From assembly GCA_038228545.1 (NCBI GenBank), contig JBBRPE010000003.1, positions 442 through 64,441 of the forward strand: a DNA stretch of 64,000 nucleotides, given 5' to 3'. This document shows positions 12,485 to 20,434 of this stretch, one piece after another. Within the stretch, counting starts at the first letter, position 1. Every line of letters starts with the position of its first letter. The notes under the pieces were generated by a model. It worked only from the letters and a program-made list of their open reading frames with translations. It searched no databases and was not told the DNA's origin. The position numbers and the translations under genes are program-made. This DNA comes from Minisyncoccia bacterium. GTDB taxonomy: Bacteria; Patescibacteriota; Minisyncoccia; Phycocordibacterales; Phycocordibacteraceae.

Positions 12485-12569
12485 AGGGCCATTCTAGCAA
12501 ACAGACGCCTATCTACAAAGGATAGCGGCGTACTTTGACGGGTGAACCTAAAAATGGTAGATTTATGGT

Positions 12570-12770
12570 ATGAAAACCGGCAAGATTGTTGAGATCGGTG
12601 AACGCCTTTCAGGCACTATTAAACTCGTCGGTGAGAAAGAGACTCTTTTTTTCCACTCCGATGCACTTGAGGGCGTAACGTTCGGAGAATTGAAGCCAGG
12701 AGATAAGGTTTGCTTTACCGTTACGGAGAGTAAGAAGGGCTCCTACGCGGAAAACGTCCGTCGCGCATAA
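12570..12770 (+). CDS. Cold-shock domain protein
   Basis: 66 aa; LFFHSDAL, LKPGDKVCF, KKGSYAENV. RNP1 is degenerate. Confidence 0.85.
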   Translation: MKTGKIVEIGERLSGTIKLVGEKETLFFHSDALEGVTFGELKPGDKVCFTVTESKKGSYAENVRRA

Positions 12771-12779
12771 CAAAAGCTT

Positions 12780-12805
12780 GACCGGCGCCACAGACGCCGG
12801 TCTTT
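12780..12805. terminator. Intrinsic terminator between convergent genes
   Basis: GACCGGCG-ccacaga-CGCCGGTC-TTT. Confidence 0.75.
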
Positions 12806-12810
12806 GCTAT

Positions 12811-13134
12811 TTATCGCTTACGCGGCTTATCTAGCTTGGCGATACGACGCATCTCTGCCTTCACAGAGGCCGGGGCACTTTCCTCAATGCAATCCGTATC
12901 GTACAGGGGCCGGTAGGAAATGTTGTTGAGCATTTTCCACACTGTTCGCTCAACATCCGAGAGCTCGATTCGATGGAGCTTCACCAGCAGCATTTGCTGA
13001 CGCACGATAAGGTAGTACGTTCCTGGAACAAGGCCGTCTCTCCTCTGTTTATTTGTGAGACGAATACGTTCTCCTTTGTGATTGAAAAGCCAGAAGACTT
13101 CCCCAATCCGTCCGTTGAGTTGAAGAGTTGCCAT
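12811..13134 (-). CDS. Orphan hypothetical protein
   Basis: 107 aa; SD AAAGGG and TTGCTG...TAGTAT promoter. Confidence 0.65.
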   Translation of the reverse strand: MATLQLNGRIGEVFWLFNHKGERIRLTNKQRRDGLVPGTYYLIVRQQMLLVKLHRIELSDVERTVWKMLNNISYRPLYDTDCIEESAPASVKAEMRRIAKLDKPRKR

Positions 13135-13239
13135 TATCGTGCCCTTTCACGTCTGGACGAATACTACCGACGTGGATTGGTTTCAGCAAGAAACAGAACA
13201 AACTTCACGGGGACCATACTAGTACTAAGCTTTAGCATC

Positions 13240-13281
13240 ACTATCATCATCTTGTGACGACCGTCACAAGATGATGATAGT
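13240..13281. repeat. Perfect 20-bp inverted repeat with 2-nt spacer
   Basis: ACTATCATCATCTTGTGACG-ac-CGTCACAAGATGATGATAGT. Confidence 0.9.
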
Positions 13282-13356
13282 CTTTGGTGGTCTAAATCTT
13301 ACGCAGTCTGAGTGGGCTTAGGTAAGCTAAAATGGCTTAGTAGTCTTAGACAGTCT

Positions 13357-13908
13357 CTAGTTGCCCTTCTTGAGAGCCTCGAGGTCACTAAGAAGTTTCT
13401 GGACATCGTTCGATAGCTGCTCGAGCAGTTCTTTTTCGTCACGCACTTTCTTTTCCGTACGATCCTTACGTTCTTTGCGTTCCTTCTTTTCCGTTACTTC
13501 TTTTTCTTTGACCTCCTGGGCCTCTTCCTTTTCTTCATCAGACATCTCTTCGACGTCTTCCTGAATTTCATCGATGTCCTCAGAGATTTCCTCGATGTCT
13601 TCCTGAATGTCTTCGACGTCTTCGCCAAGTTCCTCTACGTCTTCCTGAATTTCCTCGATATCTTCCTCGACTTCACGAAGCTGAGCGGTGTTGCGATTCA
13701 CTGTAATTTGAATGAAAAGCGCGAGATAAATAGCCTCAAGCGAGACTATCGTCGTAAGCACCAAGAGCATGTTCTGCCACTCTACGAGCCCAAATGCGGA
13801 CAAGGCGAACGACACGATAAAAAGTATCGTATGCACGAAGAGCGACGTAACGGAGCCAATGGCTTCAATCGCCCGCTCAATGATGGACTTGTTGAGTGGG
13901 GCTTTCAT
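13357..13908 (-). CDS. DUF1003-like membrane protein with acidic heptad coiled coil
   Basis: IGSVTSLFVHT, LTTIVSLEAIYLALFIQ; repeats of EDIEEIQ. Confidence 0.8.
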   Translation of the reverse strand: MKAPLNKSIIERAIEAIGSVTSLFVHTILFIVSFALSAFGLVEWQNMLLVLTTIVSLEAIYLALFIQITVNRNTAQLREVEEDIEEIQEDVEELGEDVEDIQEDIEEISEDIDEIQEDVEEMSDEEKEEAQEVKEKEVTEKKERKERKDRTEKKVRDEKELLEQLSNDVQKLLSDLEALKKGN

Positions 13909-14033
13909 TAGTCGCACCCTAGCCCGCAAGACTGCGTATGTCCACCCCGAGCGTAAAGCAAAGAGTGCATAAGGTCTTCCGTCGTATACGCAAATTGCAT
14001 TTCATAGCACTATTTTTTTGCTACAATTACGTA

Positions 14034-15107
14034 ATGCCGGGCCCAATCAATAGGACCCTTATGCCCCGCACCATGGGGCCATATAAAAAGAAGCCGAGCT
14101 CAAACTTCGGTGGTGCTTTGAAGACGTTTGCTCCGATAGTTGCAAGCACCCTCATACTTGCAGTTGCACTCTTTGCACTTCCCTCGATTCTCTCGATGGA
14201 CCTGAGGTCACAGGAAATTGCTGATGCAAACTCAAAGACGCCCTTTCCAATTTCTGTTGACCCTGCCCACAAGCTCATAACTGAGAGCCCGACCGCTGAT
14301 GCGCTCATAAATCCGGACGCAAATACTAAAGTCTCCGCTGCGGTAGAGCAGGCAGGCAACGTCTTGACCTGGCTTGCCTCTGCTATTGCTTCCTTGCCGC
14401 TTTACCAACAGCTAGCCGGAGCTGATGTGCAGTTCGTCACCATTCAGGCCGGATTTCGCCAGGAACAGGTAGCGTATGCCTTCGGTAGTGCACTTGATTG
14501 GAACGCCACCACGCGTCAAAAATTCCTTACTACGCTCAAATCAACGCCACCGACTCTCTCGGAAGGTGAGTTTGTGCCTGGTACCTATGAAGTCCACGGA
14601 GCCGCGTCGCCTACAGATGTGCAAAATCTTTTAAATGACCGCTTCACTGCAAAAATCCTCGATCGCTACAGCACATCGACCGCAGAGCGTGTCCCGCTGA
14701 ATGACGCACTTACCATTGCGTCATTAATCGAGCGCGAAACGGGCGGTACGGACGATATGCGTATGATTTCCGGGATTATTTGGAACCGTCTTTTTGTAAA
14801 TATGAATCTGCAGATTGACGCAACGCTTCAGTATGCGAAGTCTGCACAGACGAACACCAAATCCTGGTGGCCCGCTGTGCATCCTGCCGATAAGTACATA
14901 AAGTCGGCATACAACACCTACGCACATCCAGGTCTTCCGCCTACTCCTATTGCAAGTCCGTCAGTCGCCGCTGTTATAGCAGCTCTTAACCCGGCCCAGA
15001 CAGACTGCATCTTCTACTTCCACGATAAGTACGGAAACTTCCATTGCTCTAGCAACTACGCGCAACACGTAAAACTCCTAAAGAAATATTATGGGCAAGG
15101 TAAATAG
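14034..15107 (+). CDS. mltG: Endolytic transglycosylase MltG
   Basis: IASLIERET, NRL...LQIDATLQY, YNTY..PGLPPTPIASP; TACAAT + 6 nt + ATG. Confidence 0.93.
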   Translation: MPGPINRTLMPRTMGPYKKKPSSNFGGALKTFAPIVASTLILAVALFALPSILSMDLRSQEIADANSKTPFPISVDPAHKLITESPTADALINPDANTKVSAAVEQAGNVLTWLASAIASLPLYQQLAGADVQFVTIQAGFRQEQVAYAFGSALDWNATTRQKFLTTLKSTPPTLSEGEFVPGTYEVHGAASPTDVQNLLNDRFTAKILDRYSTSTAERVPLNDALTIASLIERETGGTDDMRMISGIIWNRLFVNMNLQIDATLQYAKSAQTNTKSWWPAVHPADKYIKSAYNTYAHPGLPPTPIASPSVAAVIAALNPAQTDCIFYFHDKYGNFHCSSNYAQHVKLLKKYYGQGK

Positions 15108-15110
15108 ACG

Positions 15111-15140
15111 AGGCCCCGCACGAAGCGGGGCCTTTTTTTT
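15111..15140 (+). terminator. Intrinsic terminator
   Basis: AGGCCCCGC-acgaa-GCGGGGCCT followed by a long T tract. Confidence 0.9.
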
Positions 15141-15155
15141 ACGTGACGTCCGTCC

Positions 15156-15614
15156 CTAGCTTATGGCGAGCGGTACATCGCGGGGATGCATTATTCCGTT
15201 CAACCTATCCTGGTGTGCCCGTACCAGTCGCCGGCGCTGCAACGTCTCAGGCGGCAGAGCTGTCCAAATAAGCGGATGGAGCTCCATGCGGTAAATGCGA
15301 ATATGCTGACGTACCCCTACGTGCCGACTGTTGCGCTCGGCAGCTTTTACATATTCGAAGGAGTTTGCCGGACGAACGATGCCCAGCATCTGATGCAGAA
15401 GATCTGCCAGCATTTCCGGACAGTGTTCAGTATCCGCATTTGGGACACAGGGCAAGTAGAGATGGCTTTCTTCATGCGCCATGTCCATACTTGGTTTCTT
15501 ACTCACCAGCAGGAGCTCGAGCCCGCACACAATCCTCATAACACAAAGGATATTTGGGTGTGTTGTTGTAGTAACCACGGGCCTGTGGCGCGATTTAGCT
15601 AACGAATGTAGCAA
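15156..15614 (-). CDS. Orphan, possibly a degenerate Nudix-like fold
   Basis: LLLV...LYLP...E...L...LGI spacing without the catalytic glutamates; SD GGGGAGGG. Confidence 0.45.
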   Translation of the reverse strand: MLHSLAKSRHRPVVTTTTHPNILCVMRIVCGLELLLVSKKPSMDMAHEESHLYLPCVPNADTEHCPEMLADLLHQMLGIVRPANSFEYVKAAERNSRHVGVRQHIRIYRMELHPLIWTALPPETLQRRRLVRAHQDRLNGIMHPRDVPLAIS

Positions 15615-15693
15615 TGGGTTTCCCTCCCCAAAGAACGACCGACATATACACGGTCAGCCCTTCTTATAGCACGCTTTGCGGAAACGATAGAAA

Positions 15694-16101
15694 TTACATC
15701 TTGAACACCTTGGTGGCGATGATGTAGGTGAGGCCCGATGTCACAGCGGAAATAATCACACCCCACGCAATGTCGACGAACGTTAATAGAAGTGGCCAGT
15801 TCTTAAATGCAGCGAGGTTCGTGAGGTCATACAGCATATAAGAAATAAAGCCGAGCATGGCTGCCCAAAGTACTGCCTTTGAGAAGGAACGCTCTGCGAG
15901 CGCAGGTTTGAGCGCGAAGAAAATAAGACCAATCACGTAGAAGACGTAAAACGCTCCCGCAGCAAGGAAGTTAGGGTGATCAGTCAGGAATGGGGCAAGC
16001 CCTGTTTTATAGAAACTACTCGCTATCACTCCTATCCAACTGGCGTCGAGCGCAATCATTATGGGGAGCGCGAGGCAGAAGAGTTTTAGGTACGTACGCA
16101 T
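15694..16101 (-). CDS. DUF2177 family membrane protein
   Basis: LDASWIG, YMLYDLTNLA..KNWP...VDIAWG. Confidence 0.9.
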   Translation of the reverse strand: MRTYLKLFCLALPIMIALDASWIGVIASSFYKTGLAPFLTDHPNFLAAGAFYVFYVIGLIFFALKPALAERSFSKAVLWAAMLGFISYMLYDLTNLAAFKNWPLLLTFVDIAWGVIISAVTSGLTYIIATKVFKM

Positions 16102-16103
16102 AC

Positions 16104-16577
16104 TTATGGATTAAGGAGAATAATGCCCAGATTAAGCGAAGTGGCGTACGTCACCCAGAGCAAATACGGGATGAGCAAATACGCCGCCGTGCGAGAGTAC
16201 TTCCAGAAGAGAATCATCAGTATGACGATAAGCACCCAGAGTGATTTGATAATCATAAGCGCCGCAAGTGCATCGTGGAGGCCGAAGAACACGACAGACC
16301 ACGCTGTGTTTACTATCAGGTGTGCGAAGAAGATACCGAGAGCAAATTTCTTTCCGGGTTTACTCGACTTCCATACCAGCCCTGCACTGATTCCCATAAG
16401 CACGTAGAGTGTTGTCCATACCGGACCAAATACCCAATTAGGCGGCGTCCACGATGGCTGCACGAGTGATGCGTACCAAGTTGTAATGCTTGGCAATGTG
16501 TATATAGAGCCGATGCCGCCTGCCGCAAGTGCGAGGACGATACATAGTGCGAACGGCCCCCACGCGCGGTAGTTCAT
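16104..16577 (-). CDS. tspO: TspO/MBR tryptophan-rich sensory protein
   Basis: WYASLVQPSWTPPNWVFGPVWTTLY, LNxxWSxxFF-type motif, PYLLWVTYA..LN. Confidence 0.95.
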   Translation of the reverse strand: MNYRAWGPFALCIVLALAAGGIGSIYTLPSITTWYASLVQPSWTPPNWVFGPVWTTLYVLMGISAGLVWKSSKPGKKFALGIFFAHLIVNTAWSVVFFGLHDALAALMIIKSLWVLIVILMILFWKYSRTAAYLLIPYLLWVTYATSLNLGIILLNP

Positions 16578-16667
16578 GCTTATAGTTTACCCTATCCCTA
16601 CATAGGCACTTCTGCCCCTGGAGTACTGTGAAATGTGGTATAATGAACTTCTAACTAACAATGAACT

Positions 16668-16913
16668 ATGCCTAACGCAGCCTTTGCAAAACCAATGAAG
16701 CTCTCTCCGGAACTGGAGGCAGTGGTGGGTGCTGGTCCGCTCCCTCGCTCGGAAGTTACCAAGAAGCTCTGGGAATACATCAAGAAGCACGACCTTCAGA
16801 ACCCAGCTAACAAGCGCAACATCCTCGCGGATGACTTGCTTAAGGCTTTGTTCAAGAAGGATGAAGTGACCATGTTCGAGATGACGAAAATCGTCTCTCC
16901 GCACATGTCATAA
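16668..16913 (+). CDS. Stand-alone SWIB/MDM2 domain protein
   Basis: LSPELEAVVG..PLPRSEVTKKLWEYIKKHDLQNPANKRNILAD..L. Confidence 0.95.
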   Translation: MPNAAFAKPMKLSPELEAVVGAGPLPRSEVTKKLWEYIKKHDLQNPANKRNILADDLLKALFKKDEVTMFEMTKIVSPHMS

Positions 16914-16928
16914 GGGGTCCTTCGGGAC

Positions 16929-16965
16929 AAAGCTAAAACCGCCTGTGAGGGCGGTTTTAGCTTTT
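16929..16965. terminator. Bidirectional terminator
   Basis: AAAGCTAAAACCGCC-tgtgag-GGCGGTTTTAGCTTT. Confidence 0.85.
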
Positions 16966-17031
16966 AGAAATTACGTCTCTCATTACTTGAATTTACTGAG
17001 TGCCGATGTTGCTTTAATGTCCAACGGCAAG

Positions 17032-17580
17032 TCAGGACGGATAGAAAATGCCGATGAAAGATAGGACTATTAATGCTAGCCCAACGAGCATTAATACTAT
17101 ATCCCACACAAAGAATTTCTTCTGCGGAACGTACGAAGAATCGATGTGTTTGTTGTATCGATTGCATATGCTCTGCATTTTTACAATAGAAACTACAGAG
17201 AGAAAACTTATAAGCCAGAGGAGGTTTGCAATTCCTTTCGTTGCCGGCGTCGTGCTTTGCATTCGGGCTGAGATACTGCCGATGAAAGTTAGGGCAATCC
17301 ACAGACCCGACCATACATCCACATATGACTTTGGACTTTGAGTGAGTGCGTCTGTCTTTTCGGCAATAGTTTTAAACAGTGCTGATACATAAAAATAAGC
17401 GAAAAAAGCACGCCAGAAAGGCTTAATTTCTAGATTGTCCATTTCGGCGACAATCTTCCAATTCCGGTACTGCCAGTACAATTCGTAAAAGCCAAGCGTT
17501 AATATTCCCAGAACAATTATTTTAGTATTGGATACAGAAAAAAATTCTTGCTTCTTAGCTTGCGAGCTGGATACTTCCAT
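17032..17580 (-). CDS. Membrane protein (DUF4234-like), AT-rich cargo downstream of tRNA-Ala
   Basis: LGILTLGFYELYWQYRNW plus several TM segments. Confidence 0.7.
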   Translation of the reverse strand: MEVSSSQAKKQEFFSVSNTKIIVLGILTLGFYELYWQYRNWKIVAEMDNLEIKPFWRAFFAYFYVSALFKTIAEKTDALTQSPKSYVDVWSGLWIALTFIGSISARMQSTTPATKGIANLLWLISFLSVVSIVKMQSICNRYNKHIDSSYVPQKKFFVWDIVLMLVGLALIVLSFIGIFYPS

Positions 17581-17668
17581 TTATTCATAAGAACATACGT
17601 ATGAATAATCGGAAAGTGGGAGGAGTGGGAAACGCTTTATATCTGGGACTTTGTTTCGGTTATATATC

Positions 17669-18088
17669 GGACTGCGATTACGCTTTCGGTCACAAATAAT
17701 TCCCTGCAGGAATTTCCGCGACCCCGACTCGGCCACTGGCTCCATACTTCGAATTCTTACAGGACCGTGATTACACTTTCGGTCAAGCGCTCATTCGTCG
17801 CCGTCGCTCCTCATTCCGCCTGACCACGATTTCGCGACCAGCCGTGCTCGGCAGGTGCCCGCGAAATCCTTCGAATCCTGTACGGTACGCACAAAATATA
17901 AGAAAACCCTGCTCACGCAGGGATTTCGTTATTTTGTGGACCGTACAAGATTCTCGACTTACAGTCGCTGTCCACTCGTTGGATTTTGCTCGATGACTCA
18001 CAAAACGCTCAACGAGTTTCTTCGAATCCTGACGCAAGCTCCGCTTGCTTACGGTCCACGACAAAAGCCCCTTGCGGGGCTTTATGTG
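17669..18088 (-). repeat. Array of inverted/direct tRNA-Ala 3'-end copies with hairpin modules
   Basis: TTCGAATCCTG...TACGGTCCAC (18021-18059), GTGGACCGTACAAGATTC (~17937), TTCGAATCCTGTACGGT (~17870), TTCGAATTCTTACAGGACCGT (~17748). Confidence 0.85.
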
Positions 18089-18161
18089 TGGACCGTACAG
18101 GATTCGAACCTGCGACATCTTCATTGCAAATGAAGCGCTCTACCAACTGAGCTAACGGCCC
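18089..18161 (-). tRNA. tRNA-Ala(TGC)
   Basis: GGGCCGTTAGCTCAGTTGGTAGAGCG-CTTCA-TTTGCAA-TGAAG...GCAGGTTCGAATCCTGTACGGTCCA; G3:U70 pair; CCA not encoded. Confidence 0.97.
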
Positions 18162-18211
18162 ATTTATTGAACTTCAGTACTATAGCACAACGGTAATATT
18201 TGGAGCAACGG

Positions 18212-18628
18212 CTATTTGAAAGCCTGTACCAGAGCCGCATAAGTACCTGGATCGAGCGTCGTTTCAGGAGTGGTACGTAATTCTTCCACCTCGTCCTTGG
18301 ATACCCAACGATACTCCTTGTGTTCGCTACTAATTTCGACATCAAATGTCTTGGTGATTATCGAGTAAAAAAGCAGAATCAGACCTTTACCCTCGGGATT
18401 TCTACCCAGTCGAAACGCATGAAGAAGACCTCCCACCTCGAACACATGGAGTGATGGAAGTTCTTCGGCAATCTCTCTACGGAGAGTTATTTCAATGGAC
18501 TCGTCATCATCTATACGTCCTCCTGGCACATCCCAGAACGCGCGCTCCGCCTCTACTTTGCGCAACACCAGAACTTTGTCGTCTACACGCACGATGCCTT
18601 TAATACCGACACGAAAGTCCATTTTCAT
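18212..18628 (-). CDS. NUDIX hydrolase
   Basis: PGGRIDDDESIEITLRREIAEEL Nudix box; SSEH..YRWV. Confidence 0.93.
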   Translation of the reverse strand: MKMDFRVGIKGIVRVDDKVLVLRKVEAERAFWDVPGGRIDDDESIEITLRREIAEELPSLHVFEVGGLLHAFRLGRNPEGKGLILLFYSIITKTFDVEISSEHKEYRWVSKDEVEELRTTPETTLDPGTYAALVQAFK

Positions 18629-18954
18629 ATCAAATCAATTCTGGCGGCAAGAATAAAATCATTTTCCGATAACCCTTTTACGCTGTGGGTAGTAAGGCTG
18701 ACCCTTACCTTTCCCCATCCAAGCTTAATATCCGGATGATGGCCCTGCTCCTCGGCTTCTGCACCTACCTTATTGGTAAACGCGAGTGCTTCTTTGAAAT
18801 CCGGGAAGCGGTAGATGCGATGTATCTCTGTTGAGTCGTCGTTTATGCTCCAAAGCGGAACATGGCCCATGAAGTCCTTCGCTTGCTCAGGTGTGAGCGC
18901 AGGAAAGTCTTCATCTTCGCAGGGCACGCAGTGTTTGGAAGCAAGATCAGACAT
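18625..18954 (-). CDS. Pterin-4a-carbinolamine dehydratase
   Basis: AEEQGHHPDI, TTHSVKGLSENDFILAARID. Confidence 0.95.
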   Translation of the reverse strand: MSDLASKHCVPCEDEDFPALTPEQAKDFMGHVPLWSINDDSTEIHRIYRFPDFKEALAFTNKVGAEAEEQGHHPDIKLGWGKVRVSLTTHSVKGLSENDFILAARIDLI

Positions 18955-18956
18955 AC

Positions 18957-19928
18957 TTAGATACTGACACGGTCAAGCGACAGCTCAACCAGATGTGAAA
19001 GGAAATCTGGGAACTTTACGCCGACCGCCGCGAGCGACTTCGGCAGAAGCGATTCACTTGTCATGCCCGGAAGCGTATTAGTCTCGAGGAAATAGATACC
19101 CTTCGGCGAAACGATGAAGTCGCTACGTGAATAGTGACGAAGTCCGAGTACTTGATGCATAAGCTTTGCTTGTCGCATCAGTTCGTCATTCACTACTTTA
19201 CTAAAGCGTCCGGGGACAATTTCCTGTGTACTTCCGTCATACTTCACTGCCCTGTCGAAAAATGAAGCGTGCGGTGGCGGAATGATTTCTATCGGTGGAA
19301 GCATGTAGATATCCTCACCTCGCATACGCTCCACTACACCCGCAGTAGCTTCTGTGCCCCGTATTACTTCTTCGATGAGTACACCGCCATACTGCATGAG
19401 ATTCTCAATCGCTTGATACACAGGCGCGTAACCACCGACTATGGATATACCGACAGAGGAGCCCAGTGCTACTGGCTTTACGATAACGGGCTGATGAAAA
19501 TTTCGAGTGATATGCGCGGCGGCGGCTTCTATATCCGCGCCTTCGTCTACGAAATAGTATTTCGGCGTGAGTAGACCCGCTTCCATCGCCTTTTCCTTCG
19601 TAAGCACCTTATGCATTGCTACTGCCGACGCAAATGAGTCAGAGCCCGTGTAGGGCACGCCATATCGCTCTAAAAGCTTCTGTACGCCGCCGTCTTCTCC
19701 GTATTCACCATGGAGACCGATAATGACTGAATCGAGCGATGGGAGCACGCGTTCAGGGGAGGTGGGGACACCTCGTTCGTGCCACGTTCCCTGCTTATCT
19801 ATGTACAAATCGCGTGCGGTGTACCGGTCTTCGGGCAAGTGCGAAAGTATTGAATGACCAGTCTTAAGCGAGACATCATGTTCGCTTGAAGGACCACCCC
19901 GTAACACTCCGACAACTGTGCCTCTCAT
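18957..19928 (-). CDS. ddl: D-alanine--D-alanine ligase
   Basis: GGPSSEHDVSL, LHGEYGEDG, GSSVG, ETNTLPGMT; start at MRGTVV (TATAAT + 7 nt). Confidence 0.96.
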   Translation of the reverse strand: MRGTVVGVLRGGPSSEHDVSLKTGHSILSHLPEDRYTARDLYIDKQGTWHERGVPTSPERVLPSLDSVIIGLHGEYGEDGGVQKLLERYGVPYTGSDSFASAVAMHKVLTKEKAMEAGLLTPKYYFVDEGADIEAAAAHITRNFHQPVIVKPVALGSSVGISIVGGYAPVYQAIENLMQYGGVLIEEVIRGTEATAGVVERMRGEDIYMLPPIEIIPPPHASFFDRAVKYDGSTQEIVPGRFSKVVNDELMRQAKLMHQVLGLRHYSRSDFIVSPKGIYFLETNTLPGMTSESLLPKSLAAVGVKFPDFLSHLVELSLDRVSI

Positions 19929-20097
19929 GTGCTGAATTATACCAGCATGAAGCGGCAAAGGGAGTGATGAGTGTAGCTAGTGCAACCGTTGGTGGGAACT
20001 ATGAGCAAACTACCTTCTTTTGAATTTGATAATCGGTTGGGCCCAGATAACGTTTCAGCCACCCCCGGATTGGAGTGGCTGTTTTTGGATGATTTCC

Positions 20098-20373
20098 TTA
20101 GTCCGTACAAACGACAGCCATGAACTCGTCGTCTGTCATCGCGAGATAGGCATGGGTGGTATCGAGCGTTTCCAGTTTACGCATGAAGACCCCGATGGCC
20201 TGTGTACGTTTTTTCCCCTGGAATTCGTTCGGATATCGACAGACCGTAGCGCTGAACCAGTCTACGAGGTCAGATACGGATAGCGGAACGTCGTGCGGCT
20301 CGCCCACCATGAACTCCAGGTTCGTCGATACTTCGAGCGTAGTTTTACGTTGCTGGTGCTCGTAACTAGTCAC
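20098..20373 (-). CDS. Orphan hypothetical protein
   Basis: 91 aa, GTG start, SD GAGGGAG. Confidence 0.5.
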   Translation of the reverse strand: MTSYEHQQRKTTLEVSTNLEFMVGEPHDVPLSVSDLVDWFSATVCRYPNEFQGKKRTQAIGVFMRKLETLDTTHAYLAMTDDEFMAVVCTD

Positions 20374-20434
20374 GATACTTTCTCCCTCAAGAACAGATTA
20401 CGGCTAGATAACCACGCTATACGCGTGAATGCAA

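Noticed and set aside
17669-18088. CRISPR array interpretation of the repeat-spacer pattern
   Set aside because: Repeats alternate in orientation, derive from the tRNA, and have irregular structured spacers; no cas genes.
19960-20097. Possible ncRNA upstream of ddl
   Set aside because: Only a short CAACCG/CGGTTG stem and a terminator-like hairpin; not enough support.
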